IMG/VR virus record: IMGVR_UViG_2974628631_000001
Location: 61,727 to 125,726 of that record
DNA from: a virus
Lineage: Duplodnaviria > Caudoviricetes
Strand: one strand, 5' to 3'
DNA length: 64,000 nucleotides
Shown here: positions 29,717-40,643 of the stretch, piece by piece
How positions within the stretch are numbered: position 1 is the first letter of the stretch
How the letters are laid out: each line of letters starts with the position of its first letter
Translations under genes and position numbers: made by a program
The notes under the pieces: model-generated
What the model saw: only the letters and a program-made list of their open reading frames with translations
What the model was told of the DNA's origin: nothing
Databases searched by the model: none

Positions 29717-30241
29717 ATGATTCAGCTCAATTCTCGTGTGAAGATTAACGAGACCTATTCCGGCGGGATTCCTGATGTCATCGGCAAGGTTGGCAAGGTT
29801 CAGCATGTTGCCGGAAACGTCTTCCAGCTCACTGTGACTGGAAAGGTGGAGAGTCAATATTACCGTGGTCACTTCTATGACTATAACGTTCTCGCCACCC
29901 TCTCAGAAATTGATGAGGTCCCGTACAACTTCAAGGACATGGAAGGCAACCTGGTTGAACTTGGTGATACTGTCGTGTATGGTAGCAACAAGGGTGACAT
30001 GACCAAGGGCAAGGTTGTTGACATCAAGGACTTGACTCATGTACGATGGGGAGTCGATAAGAAGGAGACCAAGTTCCAGCTTGAGTACGAGGTTGATGAA
30101 AACCTGTATGATGGTGTTGAGCGTAGAGTTGCCAAGATTATCACCCGCCGAAAGTGGCTGAGTGAGGGTCATCGCACGCTTATTGTTCAGAAGGGACTCT
30201 CCAGTTATTTCCCTGGGGAGCTGATTATTCAAGATGCCTGA
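29717..30241 (+). CDS. hypothetical protein (tandem SH3/KOW-like)
   Basis: ORF with phage codon usage. Confidence 0.65.
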   Translation: MIQLNSRVKINETYSGGIPDVIGKVGKVQHVAGNVFQLTVTGKVESQYYRGHFYDYNVLATLSEIDEVPYNFKDMEGNLVELGDTVVYGSNKGDMTKGKVVDIKDLTHVRWGVDKKETKFQLEYEVDENLYDGVERRVAKIITRRKWLSEGHRTLIVQKGLSSYFPGELIIQDA

Positions 30242-30440
30242 CAGACAGAAGAAGCCAAAGCCGATGGGTAATGGAAACTACACAATTTGCAGGAAGTGCC
30301 ACGGCTTTGGTACAATCGTAGAAACGAAGCACTACCGAGGCAAGGTTCTTGCCAACAAGAACAACGAAGTTGACCTCTTCATCAGATGTCCAAAGTGTCT
30401 TGGTGGAGGCTGGACAGTCGCCAAGTAGTGTGCTATGATG

Positions 30441-30542
30441 GATACATCGGGTCGGAGATAAACGGTTATCATGGATGAAATTGACTAACGCTCGATTGGG
30501 TTTCGATACCCGCTCCGTTTGTCACACCACATCCGATGTATC
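30441..30542 (+). ncRNA. Y RNA-like element 6
   Basis: gatacatcgggtcggagataaacggttatc...ccgtttgtc...acatccgatgtatc. Confidence 0.7.
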
Positions 30543-30546
30543 TAAT

Positions 30547-30617
30547 GCGAGTGTGGTTTAATGGTAGAACAACAGACTTCCACTCTGTTAGTCGGGGTTC
30601 GATTCCCCGTACTCGCT
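30547..30617 (+). tRNA. tRNA-Gly(TCC)
   Basis: acaga-ct-TCC-ac-tctgt. Confidence 0.93.
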
Positions 30618-30906
30618 CGAAACGAATGTCCCCGCTGGTAAAAACTAGCGGGGCTTCGTTGTTTCTATGGTAAGATGGAGTCATGGAAGAGATTGTTTCG
30701 TACAGCTTTGCTGTAGATATTTACAAGACGGAGTCTGGGACGTATGCTTACGGAGTGTTCCAAGAGCTAGAGTCTGAGACTGAAGATGACCTACAGTTGC
30801 TAGAAACTGGCGAGGCTGATACACTAGCTGAAGCTGCTGACATGGCAAGCAAGAGTATCAGAACGTTGTTTTCTGTGTGACTTCTGACCCTTTCGTAAAG
30901 GGTCTT

Positions 30907-30979
30907 TCCCCTGTGGTCTAATTGGCAGTGACGCCGGGTTTTGGTCCCGGAAGTTCGAGTTCGAGTCTCGCCGGGGGAG
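30907..30979 (+). tRNA. tRNA-Gln(TTG)
   Basis: ccggg-tt-TTG-gt-cccgg. Confidence 0.92.
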
Positions 30980-31290
30980 CGCTCATATTGATGGTTACTA
31001 TCTTGGAGTTTCAATGCCTGAATGGATGATTGGACCGATTGTTGTTTACATCATCGGCGCACTTCTCATGATGTTCTGGTGCATCCAAGAACTGAGTTAT
31101 ACTATTGGTGATAACTTTATCATCGAAAAGTATGGCTCATATCGTGGAAGTACGATTATCACACTGATGGTTGCAGGTATGATGATTTTCTGGCTGCCCT
31201 TCATTATCGTAAGATATGCTTGGGGAATGATTAAGGGCCAGTAACCATCTGGGGCATACGCCCCAAGCTTTGTCTAAAAAGGAGAATAAA

Positions 31291-31800
31291 ATGTTTGACT
31301 GGATTCCGTTCGATTCTGTCCTGTTCTGGATTTGGCTTGCGGGATTCATCCTGCTTTCGCCAATTGTCTTCTTCGCTTGGATGCTCAATTCAGCATTCCT
31401 CGGAGATTCCACGGACAGTTGGTATCGGACCTACATGTTTGTCTGGTTTACTTTCCTGGGATTTGTGATGACTTGGCTCTGGCCTATCGGTCTTCCTCTG
31501 TTCCTGGTATTTGAGGCAAACAGTAAGCGTAAGTCTCGTAAGTGGGACAGGATTTACAAGTACAAGAAGGCTACCGTCCCGCATTACTGGGAAGAGGCTT
31601 ACATCAGGAATTCCAAGGTGCTTGATGGTGCCAAGGTTCGGATTCTTGACTGGGAAATTGAGCCCGGAATGACCCGTGTTTCTTCTTGGGATGGTAAGTT
31701 GATTACAAGGACTCACTTTCTTAAGCATGTGAAGCAGGCGGTTCTTCTTTGGCCTACTAAGGACCTTGAGCTTATTCCTGAAAAGGTTAAGAAGGTTTAG
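31291..31800 (+). CDS. membrane protein
   Basis: RBS aaggag, hydrophobic N-terminal half. Confidence 0.7.
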   Translation: MFDWIPFDSVLFWIWLAGFILLSPIVFFAWMLNSAFLGDSTDSWYRTYMFVWFTFLGFVMTWLWPIGLPLFLVFEANSKRKSRKWDRIYKYKKATVPHYWEEAYIRNSKVLDGAKVRILDWEIEPGMTRVSSWDGKLITRTHFLKHVKQAVLLWPTKDLELIPEKVKKV

Positions 31801-32419
31801 TAGAGTGGCCCTTCGGGGCCAAGCTTTCAACTACATAGAGGAGATAGAATGAAGGTCCTGATTGTACTTGCTCTTCTTGCGGCCTTCCTGTATCTTAGGG
31901 AGCGTAACCGTGGCATTAGGGCAGCACGAAAGTCTCGTGAGCGCCTTGAAGCCCTGAAGAAGGGTGAGAATTACGGCCGGTGGTTTACCATCGCTAGCTC
32001 ACTTGACGAAGAACGTACCTACTATGGTAAGGTAATCAGGTGGGATGTTCCAGAAGACCCCCGAAATGTTGCTGAGCTTTATTGTGTAGAGGGTTCTAAT
32101 CCTGATGGATGGACACCATCCTTCCTGTGGTATAAGGATGACCTAATTCTTCAGTAGCATTTCTGCCCGGATTACGGGCAAGCTAGCATTAACAACTGCC
32201 AATAGTTAGGTTAAGATAATGATTGCATTGCTTATGACCATCTACCTCATTGGTGCCATTGTAATGGGAGCGTATGTTCTCTTTGCAGCTATGATGGGTG
32301 CGATGTTTGGTACGCTTCCTGTTTCAGACCTTTTGAAGGTGCTCTTTGTCGCTGCCATTTGGCCCGTTGCGGTTATTTGGGGAGTTGGCAATGTGCTCTA
32401 TCAGAAGGTAAGGAACTAA

Positions 32420-33013
32420 ATGGATTTCAAAGAACTACATGAGGCTATTCCTTATGCAACTGGAGAAAAGCTCCATGTAATGGAAATGAAGCCTTATGCC
32501 AACATTACCCTATCAATGCCGGGTCGTCATCAAAATGACACTGACCCAAAGGGCGGGGATTTTGTTGTAATGGTTGACAGCTCTTCTCTTGGATGGGTTA
32601 AGCATCAGTTCACTCATGGTGACCTATGGGATGACCTTGAAAAGAAGAAGGTCGCTGATAATGCCAGAGCGGAACTTCTCATGAAGGAGTATGCTAAGGT
32701 AGTCAGAGGAGCTGAGCCTAATTGGCAGCCGCTTCCCTCTGGACAGTCAGACCCTTGGGCTGCTACACTAGACCCAACAACGTTCCTTCATGCAGTACAG
32801 TGTTTGGCAGTAGCCGAACATCGCCGGTACTGGCCTCATGAGTGTCAGGGTGGTGGAAGGTACTTGCCAGCACGGTTCTCAATGGGTATCATTGAATGGT
32901 ACTGGACAGCAGAAGACGCCAAGGCTTATCAGTATCGTGGTCGTCAAGGACTTGAGAATCTAATCAAGGAAAAGGGACGACCGACTCCGCTCAAGAAGTA
33001 TGCCGAGAGCTAA
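32420..33013 (+). CDS. hypothetical protein
   Basis: 197-aa ORF with RBS aagga. Confidence 0.75.
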   Translation: MDFKELHEAIPYATGEKLHVMEMKPYANITLSMPGRHQNDTDPKGGDFVVMVDSSSLGWVKHQFTHGDLWDDLEKKKVADNARAELLMKEYAKVVRGAEPNWQPLPSGQSDPWAATLDPTTFLHAVQCLAVAEHRRYWPHECQGGGRYLPARFSMGIIEWYWTAEDAKAYQYRGRQGLENLIKEKGRPTPLKKYAES

Positions 33014-33302
33014 AAACTCTGGGCATTTGGACCCTTTCGTAAAGGGGTCCAAGCTATGGACAATCTAGATGAAATCGCAGAGGAACTTGAAAGACATTTC
33101 TTGGTCCACAATTATGAATGGAAGTTCGAATACGGACTTTCCAACCCCGATGCTGACGACTTGAAGAAAGCCATTCAGAAGGCTGTAATTATTCTTGAAG
33201 CTCAGGAAGGTGACACCAATCTAGAGGTTGGTCATCTGCTCTTTACCAAGAGAGCAAATGTAATTGACATCTTCGTCCATACCGGAACAATTGGAGAAAA
33301 TA

Positions 33303-33785
33303 GTGAAGACAGCAGTGTATGAGTACACGCACCGGACCAACGTTGACAGCTCTCTTGCTGATGTGGTCTATTACAACGCCACGAATTACACGATGGCTAT
33401 CCAGTTCAAGAACAACGGTTACAGCACCCCGAGCGTTTTCTACGGCAGCGTTCCTGAGGTTTTCTATGACCGACTGGTAAAGGCTGACAGTCTCGGCAAG
33501 ACCTACAACATGTTCGTCAAGGACAAGTTGCCGAACCTTTCTGGTGGTACGGTTTACGATGTCACCTACACTCTTGCGGGTGAGGCAGACAGTGAGCCTA
33601 TCGTTGACCAGAAGGTTGCAACTCCTGAGACAATGCGGTATCGTGTAAAGGGTTATGTCCGACACGTGGGAACGTTTGAGGCCGATAGTCTTGAGGAGGC
33701 ACGGGAGTTCTTCCTTGACAGTCTGGTTGAAGACGGTTACGATGCTTCGGACCTAGCCGTTACGGAGGTATACATCGTTGAGTGA
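33303..33785 (+). CDS. KTSC-domain protein
   Basis: VDSSLADVVYYN...MAIQFKN...VPEVFYDRLVKADSLGKTYN. Confidence 0.65.
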   Translation: MKTAVYEYTHRTNVDSSLADVVYYNATNYTMAIQFKNNGYSTPSVFYGSVPEVFYDRLVKADSLGKTYNMFVKDKLPNLSGGTVYDVTYTLAGEADSEPIVDQKVATPETMRYRVKGYVRHVGTFEADSLEEAREFFLDSLVEDGYDASDLAVTEVYIVE

Positions 33786-34089
33786 AGTTCGTAAGGCTCA
33801 GTCTTTGGCTGAGCTTACCGAAATCATCAATAGCAATGATTCGGTTGTTGTTGATTTCAGCAAGTCTGAGGGTTGTGTTTATTGCAAGAGGCTTGCCCCG
33901 CACTTTGAGAAGGCTGCGGCAAAGTCAGATGTACCATTTGTTGAAGTTGACTTGCTAAATGTCACTGAGGCAATTGAAGCATTCGGAATTCAGTCAGTGC
34001 CAACAGTGCTACACTTCAAGACTGGGGAGCCTACTGCTACCCTTTCTGGCCGAACATCTGTTAAACTTCTTCAGGAGATTAGCGGCTGA
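33778..34089 (+). CDS. thioredoxin
   Basis: VVVDF...CVYC...IQSVPT. Confidence 0.88.
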   Translation: MSEVRKAQSLAELTEIINSNDSVVVDFSKSEGCVYCKRLAPHFEKAAAKSDVPFVEVDLLNVTEAIEAFGIQSVPTVLHFKTGEPTATLSGRTSVKLLQEISG

Positions 34090-34615
34090 TTTCGGGCGGG
34101 TTCGTAAAGGACCCGCAAGCTTTCTACAGATTGGAAATCTCATGGTTGAGAGCTACGACCTTGCCCTGGTAAAGGGTAAGTCCTTCTACGGTGACAGCTA
34201 CGCTGAAGTTCTTCAGTCGGTCGCAGACTTTGCGAAGGAAATGGAAGCCTATACAATTGTGTCCGTCAATATGGGATACAGCGATGGTCATGTCCTTGCT
34301 GACGTGACTTACGAAGGCTGATACAATGGGGCTAGGGAGAAATCCCTAGCCCTTTTTGTATTGGAGGAAGCTTGATTGATTGAAGAATGGGAAAACGAAG
34401 GAGGCTTTGTGTACACCACAAAGTACTATCTGAACGAAACTGATGACGACGACAACTGGGTTGAAGTAACCAAGGAGGAATTCGTCAGGGCAGAACGGGC
34501 GGCGGGTTTTCATAATACAATGGGCCGACCGGATGAGCCTGCCACTGGAGGATTTAGTTCTAGCAGTTACCGCAAGCGTGGCAGGGTTCGCTACATCACG
34601 AAGGATGATGAGTAA

Positions 34616-35110
34616 ATGCATGTGATTCCGAAATTTGATGGGGAGTGGTTCTTCCTCAGCAACTTTTACGAGGCCCCCACAGAATTTCTGATGGATGGTG
34701 AGAAGGTCATCATGCCTACAGGAGAGCACGCATTTCAGGCAGCAAAGTGTCACGCACTGGTTGACATGACTCAGAAGAAGGAGTATGTTCGACGTGTTGC
34801 AGACGCTCCAACCCCAAGTAAGGCCAAGTATGAAGGTCGTTCTTGTCGCATCGCTATTGACAAGTGGGACCACATCAAGGTTGACTGCATGAGAGAGGTT
34901 GTCTTCCAGAAATTTCTACAACACACAGATATCCGTGGAGAGCTTCTGGCTACTGGTGATGCGATGCTGGTAGAGGGAAATACCTGGGGCGATAAATTCT
35001 GGGGTAGAGTGGACGGCAAGGGCTATAATAAGCTCGGTGTCATTTTGATGGAGACACGTGGCTGGTGGCTTTGGCAGACCCGCCGCAATCAATCGGAGAT
35101 GGGTTCGTGA
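34616..35110 (+). CDS. NADAR (YbiA-like) hydrolase
   Basis: FLSNFY, EHAFQAAK, LLATGDAMLVEGN.WGD.FWG, NKLG.ILM. Confidence 0.9.
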   Translation: MHVIPKFDGEWFFLSNFYEAPTEFLMDGEKVIMPTGEHAFQAAKCHALVDMTQKKEYVRRVADAPTPSKAKYEGRSCRIAIDKWDHIKVDCMREVVFQKFLQHTDIRGELLATGDAMLVEGNTWGDKFWGRVDGKGYNKLGVILMETRGWWLWQTRRNQSEMGS

Positions 35111-35885
35111 AGACTTATCGTAAGGCTCAGGCTATTATCAAGGCGGGTCCTTGTGGTCATTAAAGTATATAAGGAGATAAATGAGTGACCGACAGCCCAA
35201 CTTTGCAGTTGGTGACAGAGTAATGAATGCCGGTTATGTTGGAGTAGTAAAGCGAGTTATCAAAACCGGCCCAAGCAAGTATAAGTATCGTGTTGAATTT
35301 CCTCACGATACCCTGACTCTCAGTGAAGGAAGTCTCAGGAGAGCATGAAGTACAGAGTAATTGTACAAACGGGACCGAGCAGCTTTGATACCTATACTGT
35401 TGTCCGTCACAGGTTGACAGAAGGCTGTCTCGTACTTACTATGGGTAGGCTTAAGTGTGGAGCCTGGGATGAGAAGGTAATTCCCATCCGGACCTTTATT
35501 CACGCATGGTCTGAAGACCTTGACTAAGTCGTTACCTAGGGAGGGGTTGACAACCTCTCCCAAGCTCGTTAAACTAGTAATTAAATACACTAATTATCGG
35601 CAAAGGGAAGAATAGAAAGAATAGATAATAATTATGACTCTGTCGTTAACAATTATCATGTCAATCATCGTTGTCCTTCTCATCGGCAAGTTTGACCTTA
35701 AGTGGTTCCATGCGCTACTCTGTGTTCTGTGTGGGCTTACTTTGGGTGGAACAGAAGTCGGACAGTTCCTTCTTGAAGGACTCGAAACGGTTGCCACAGC
35801 TCTTGCACAGGTGAAGTTCTAAAACCTGTGCATTATTGAGACCTTTCGTAAAGGGTCTCAAGCTTCGTCTATATAAGGAGAGATA

Positions 35886-36545
35886 ATGCGCGAGTATCCG
35901 AAGATTGATAATCTGTTCAAGCGCAATCCCGAGAAGAAGTCCGAATTGCTGATTGGTCAATATACCCGTCCGGAATTCGCACTTATCAATGAGTGGGATG
36001 TTACCGAGAAGATTGATGGAACTAATGTTCAGTTGAAGTTCCATCGAGTTTTCAATGGTAGCTTTGACTACAATGGACGTACAGAGCGAGCACAGTTTAC
36101 CATTGGCCAAGAGAACTTCCTTGAAGACCTTGGCCAGGAGACTCGTGGTTATGCAGTCGCAATCATGAATTCTTTTGACCTTGACAGTCTCACGGTGTAT
36201 GGTGAGCTGTATGGCCCGAAGATTCAGGCGGGCGGCAACTATTCCGAAACCCTTGGCTTCCGAGCGTTTGACATGCTGGTGAATGACAGGGTATGGTTGG
36301 CACCGGAGGATGTTCGAAAGAACGCAGCGTACATGAATCTTGAGATGGCTCCCCATCTTGGTTTGTATACTGTGAATGACCTCTTTGCACTGGTTGCTAA
36401 TGGATTCAAGTCAACGTTTTCTCTCAATGAGGATTACGATGCTGAGGGTGTAATTGCAAAGCCTCTGTTCAATCTGTATGACCAGAGGGGTTCACGAGTA
36501 ATGTTTAAGCTCAAGACTTGTGACCTCAAGCACGTTCATAATTGA
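35886..36545 (+). CDS. second RNA ligase (Rnl2-like adenylyltransferase domain)
   Basis: TEKIDGTN, YGELYG, FRAFD, EGVI, FKLK. Confidence 0.85.
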   Translation: MREYPKIDNLFKRNPEKKSELLIGQYTRPEFALINEWDVTEKIDGTNVQLKFHRVFNGSFDYNGRTERAQFTIGQENFLEDLGQETRGYAVAIMNSFDLDSLTVYGELYGPKIQAGGNYSETLGFRAFDMLVNDRVWLAPEDVRKNAAYMNLEMAPHLGLYTVNDLFALVANGFKSTFSLNEDYDAEGVIAKPLFNLYDQRGSRVMFKLKTCDLKHVHN

Positions 36546-36596
36546 ATGTGTGGCCCTTAGGGGCCAAGCTTCCACTTAATCAAACAAGGAGAAACT

Positions 36597-37271
36597 ATGA
36601 TTACCGAGCGCACGGCTGCAATTATCTCTGCTTACACCGGAATTACCTTTGGTGACTTCGGAAACACTCGGGATTACATTGAGGAATTGATGGAGAAGGA
36701 CCCCGATGTTAATCCTTTTGCAGGTGATGACTCTGTGGCTAACGCTTCTAAGAGTGATTTCATTGCTATCAAGGTTGACGATAACGACCCTACAGCAATG
36801 ACTGAGCGAGAGGCTGCAATCGTTACGGCGTTCACGGGTATCGCGCTTGGCAATTTTGGTGCGGCCCATCTTTACATGGAAGAGGTCATGGGTCATCCGA
36901 TTTGGACTCATGAGCTTGCTTCCCCTCTCATGTGGAAGGCCATTAAGGAAAAGTCTAAGGCTGACTTTATTGCCCTGAGTGAGAGTGTTGGCAAGGAGCC
37001 TGCCAAGCCGGTGAATTACGTTCAGACCGTTCTGAACAAGGTTGGTGAGAATCTGCCGGGTCTGCCTGATGAGCTTCTTGACCTTTACACCCTGCTTGCC
37101 ATGGTGAAGGGTGAGGATGTTACTCTGAAGGATGTTCATGACGCTTGGGCTGTCTGGAAGAATCGTATTCGTGCTGACCACAAGTCGCTCGTTCCCTTTG
37201 AGGCTCTTGATTTCCATGTGCAGGAGCTTGACCGCAAGTACGCTGAGGGAATTGCTAAGGCTGCAAAGTAA
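36597..37271 (+). CDS. hypothetical protein with internal duplication
   Basis: TERTAAIISAYTGITFGDF / TEREAAIVTAFTGIALGNF. Confidence 0.75.
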   Translation: MITERTAAIISAYTGITFGDFGNTRDYIEELMEKDPDVNPFAGDDSVANASKSDFIAIKVDDNDPTAMTEREAAIVTAFTGIALGNFGAAHLYMEEVMGHPIWTHELASPLMWKAIKEKSKADFIALSESVGKEPAKPVNYVQTVLNKVGENLPGLPDELLDLYTLLAMVKGEDVTLKDVHDAWAVWKNRIRADHKSLVPFEALDFHVQELDRKYAEGIAKAAK

Positions 37272-37699
37272 AAACACTGCCGGGTAAAACCGGCAAGCTG
37301 CGAGATATCCGACCCTTTCGTAAAGGACTATTTATGACCTTCTATCAGGAACTAAAGCGCGCTCTCACTTCTTTTATGCAGAAGAATACCAGCGCTGGTG
37401 ATGTAGATATGGTTCTCAATACAATTGAGAAGACTTTCGTTCACCACTTCGTATTCGATATCAATCTTTATCTGCATCCAAAGAAGAAGAATCGCAAGAG
37501 TAAGAAGTATTCGGCGGGTTATCGTGACGCTCTTGCAGACATGACAAAGTACTATGAGGAGAATTATGTCCAGCGTAGGCATTCATCAATGGACCATTAA
37601 GGGAAGAATCCCCGGACATTTCATTTACCTGTGTAGTAAGTGTAAGTGTGAAACACTGAGTGGGACTCCACTGCCAACCCCATATGATAAGGTGTGTAA

Positions 37700-38455
37700 G
37701 TGAAGATTCTAGTAGGCTCAAGGGCACTCAAGTGGTGGTTCGTAGACGCACGTGAACCGAAGGACACAGACTATTTCTCAGACACTCCAATTGATGGAGC
37801 TGAGACTTTCTGGCATCCGAATTTGGCGGGCTACCAGTGGCTTGATGAGCGGGTTGCTACCCCTATTGAGCTGTACACAATTAAGGTCTCTCATGCATTC
37901 TGGGACCTGCATGGTAGTTGGTCAAAGCACATGTACGATGTAAGCTTCTTGCAGCAAAAGAAGCACAATTACCTTGTTCCCGAACTTTATGACAGGCTCT
38001 ATCCTATATGGGAAGAGCGTTACGGAAAGAAGAAGGTAAACCTCAACGCTTCTCCTGAAGACTTCTTTAACAAGAACGTCGTCCGCATCTTTGACCATGA
38101 TAGTATCCATAGGTCAATCGCCTATCACGACAGGCCACTATATGAGAGTATTCTTAAGGATGGTCATGATGTAATGGTAGACAAGGCTAAATTTGATGCG
38201 CTATCCTATGAAGACAAGTTGAGGCTGGTTCGGGAAGAGGTTTACGCTACCGCGCTGGAACGTCAGATTATTCCGAGCGGGTATGTTAATAGTCCCCGTG
38301 GTGCATACGCATGGGCACTAAAGAAGACCATCACTTCATTTTCCAAGGGATGGTTTCCCCTCTTCATTGTAGAGAATTACAATGAACTAAAGTCTCCTGA
38401 TGTAGATTACGTCAAGCGACACAAGGACAACGAAGATAGGTTGATTAGGCTATGA
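37700..38455 (+). CDS. putative pol-beta-fold nucleotidyltransferase
   Basis: ILVGSRAL...KDTDY (hGS...DxD). Confidence 0.6.
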   Translation: MKILVGSRALKWWFVDAREPKDTDYFSDTPIDGAETFWHPNLAGYQWLDERVATPIELYTIKVSHAFWDLHGSWSKHMYDVSFLQQKKHNYLVPELYDRLYPIWEERYGKKKVNLNASPEDFFNKNVVRIFDHDSIHRSIAYHDRPLYESILKDGHDVMVDKAKFDALSYEDKLRLVREEVYATALERQIIPSGYVNSPRGAYAWALKKTITSFSKGWFPLFIVENYNELKSPDVDYVKRHKDNEDRLIRL

Positions 38456-38790
38456 ACGAAGAGTTTGACATCCGAGAGTTCGAACGATATCTTTCTGATG
38501 GATGGTCTCTCACTCTGAACTACTACACTCTCCATGGTGAGCGCGGTTTTTGGGGTTACCTCTGGGATGAGACAGATAGCATTCAGACCAAGTACGGCTT
38601 GGTTGAGCGTGTAAATGCTGACACTGATTATGACGAAGGTCGTGAAGAGCGAACTATGGTCGTCAAGATTGGTGACCGGTACTTCCAGAAGACGGGTTAC
38701 TATGACTCGTGGGACAGTACCTATTGGGATGGACGCTTTGTTGAGGTGAAGCCGGTCCAGAAGACGATTACCGATTACGTAATCATCTGA
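38452..38790 (+). CDS. hypothetical protein, paralog of next gene
   Basis: KIGDRYFQKTGYYDSWD. Confidence 0.75.
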   Translation: MNEEFDIREFERYLSDGWSLTLNYYTLHGERGFWGYLWDETDSIQTKYGLVERVNADTDYDEGREERTMVVKIGDRYFQKTGYYDSWDSTYWDGRFVEVKPVQKTITDYVII

Positions 38791-38832
38791 CCCAATGCCC
38801 CGAAAGGGGCAAGCTTTCGAAAGGAGGCAGTA

Positions 38833-39144
38833 ATGTTTACTGCGGCTGAGGTTAAGCACGCTATCGAGTCCGAATTCGATGGCTATGAGAATGACTTCTA
38901 TGAGGAGATTGGCTCTAGTGGTATTGAGCTTCCTCTTCTTCGCAAGACTGCTACGCTTGAGGACCGTGAAGGTGGTCACGAGGGTGGCGGAGACTATATG
39001 CACGTGGTCTTCCGAATTGGTGACCAGCTCTTCCGCAAGACTGGTTATTACAACTCCTGGGATGCAAACGACTGGGATGGGGAGATTGAAGAGGTTGAAC
39101 CTTACGAGGTGACTGTGGTACGCTATCGTGAGGTCAAGCGCTGA
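38833..39144 (+). CDS. hypothetical protein, paralog of previous gene
   Basis: RIGDQLFRKTGYYNSWD. Confidence 0.75.
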   Translation: MFTAAEVKHAIESEFDGYENDFYEEIGSSGIELPLLRKTATLEDREGGHEGGGDYMHVVFRIGDQLFRKTGYYNSWDANDWDGEIEEVEPYEVTVVRYREVKR

Positions 39145-39382
39145 AAAACTGGCGGGGTTCGTAAGAGCCTCGCAAGCTTGACAATCCATTAGAAGGGTTG
39201 GTATTCTCTGACTATGAGATACGAAGTTAAGGAAGAGACCACAGATGGCCTTAAGCAATGGGTCATCTGGGATAATCTCTATAGTGAAGTCTTTGCCCGT
39301 TTCGGAACGGAGAAAGAAGCCACTGACATCATTGATAAGTGGAAGGCTGCACAACTAGCCGCTGAAGCATCTGGAGAGTAAT

Positions 39383-39772
39383 ATGATTACAGTGCAAACT
39401 GAAGTGCAGGCGCTAGGACATATGGTTCCTGTTGAAATTTGCTTTACTCCAGATGACCCCGCATGTATTACATTTACCTTCTTCAATCAGGCAGATGATT
39501 CCACCCCTGAGTGGCTTGTCGGTCGTGACCTTTTGAAGGATGTACTTGAAAAGGGCTATTCTGGCCTTGGTGACGTAAGGTTTCTCGCCATTGAAAACGA
39601 GATTAAGATGGGCCTAAGCTCCCCTGAGGGACAAGGCTATGTCCTCTTTGATAGGGATATCATTGAGGAATTCGTAGAGATGATTTACGAAGAAGTTCCT
39701 GAGGGCGAAGATGTTTACGAGATTCCGGACGGGGTTCCAGAAGACTGGGAAGACACGTTTGACGAATCTTGA
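39383..39772 (+). CDS. SsgA-like sporulation/cell-division protein
   Basis: DDP..ITFTF, W.VGRDLL, G.GDVR, LSSPEG, VPEG.D. Confidence 0.85.
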   Translation: MITVQTEVQALGHMVPVEICFTPDDPACITFTFFNQADDSTPEWLVGRDLLKDVLEKGYSGLGDVRFLAIENEIKMGLSSPEGQGYVLFDRDIIEEFVEMIYEEVPEGEDVYEIPDGVPEDWEDTFDES

Positions 39773-40221
39773 GGTATAATAGTCTCAGGAGGCGACATGG
39801 TTGATGGAGAGCTGATTACTGACATCACGGTATGGTTTGGTATTAGAGAACCAGAGTGGTGGCCAGAAGACGAAGATGATTTTGAGGACAGAGCAATTCT
39901 TTCCAGAAATATTCCGGAAAGAAAAAGAAAGCCAATCAGAATTCGTCTTTAGAAAAGTCAAAAATCTGCCAGTATTTTGACCCTTTCGTAAAGGGCCATT
40001 TTCGCCCCGGTCAGCACGACGGGGCAAGCTTCCGCGCATTCTAAGGAACGCGCGCACGCGTGATACCACACTTCGGTTGAGGAATCAAGAGGTTGACATC
40101 AGTCCCTCACTCCCGTAGTGTCTGACCCATCGAAACAACACCTCAGAAAATTGGGGGGTTGACAGAGAGAAGCAAGACAGCTAGAGTTCTACTAACGGCA
40201 AACGAACAAGGAGAAGAAGTC

Positions 40222-40584
40222 ATGAAGGTTTCCGCTCGTATCGTCAAGGGTAAGAACAACAAGCGCGGTATCTCCATCAAGAAGCTGGGCAAGCGTCCCG
40301 AGTCGCACATGGCGGGTACGGTGGTCATGTCCGGAGTCAAGTTCGGTCGCACGATGCTTGGTACGGTCGTGGAAGAGCTTGAGAAGGTCTACATGCCTCG
40401 TGCAAAGTCTGGGGTTGACTTCACGGCTGACGGAGACATTCGTATCGTCTCTGCTGTCTCTGACTGGGACCAGGCTCGTTACATCGGCAACCTTGGTGGA
40501 TACTACAACCCCAAGACTGGTGAGCGTGTCACGGAAGCGTCTTTCGTGTACATGGCTGGTGACCGTATCTACTACACCAAGTGA
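40222..40584 (+). CDS. hypothetical protein
   Basis: promoter TTGACA at 40159, RBS aaggag. Confidence 0.75.
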   Translation: MKVSARIVKGKNNKRGISIKKLGKRPESHMAGTVVMSGVKFGRTMLGTVVEELEKVYMPRAKSGVDFTADGDIRIVSAVSDWDQARYIGNLGGYYNPKTGERVTEASFVYMAGDRIYYTK

Positions 40585-40643
40585 CTTGACATCCGACCCT
40601 TCAACCCATAGTATCTAGTTACCCAAACAGGAGGAGTAAGAAG

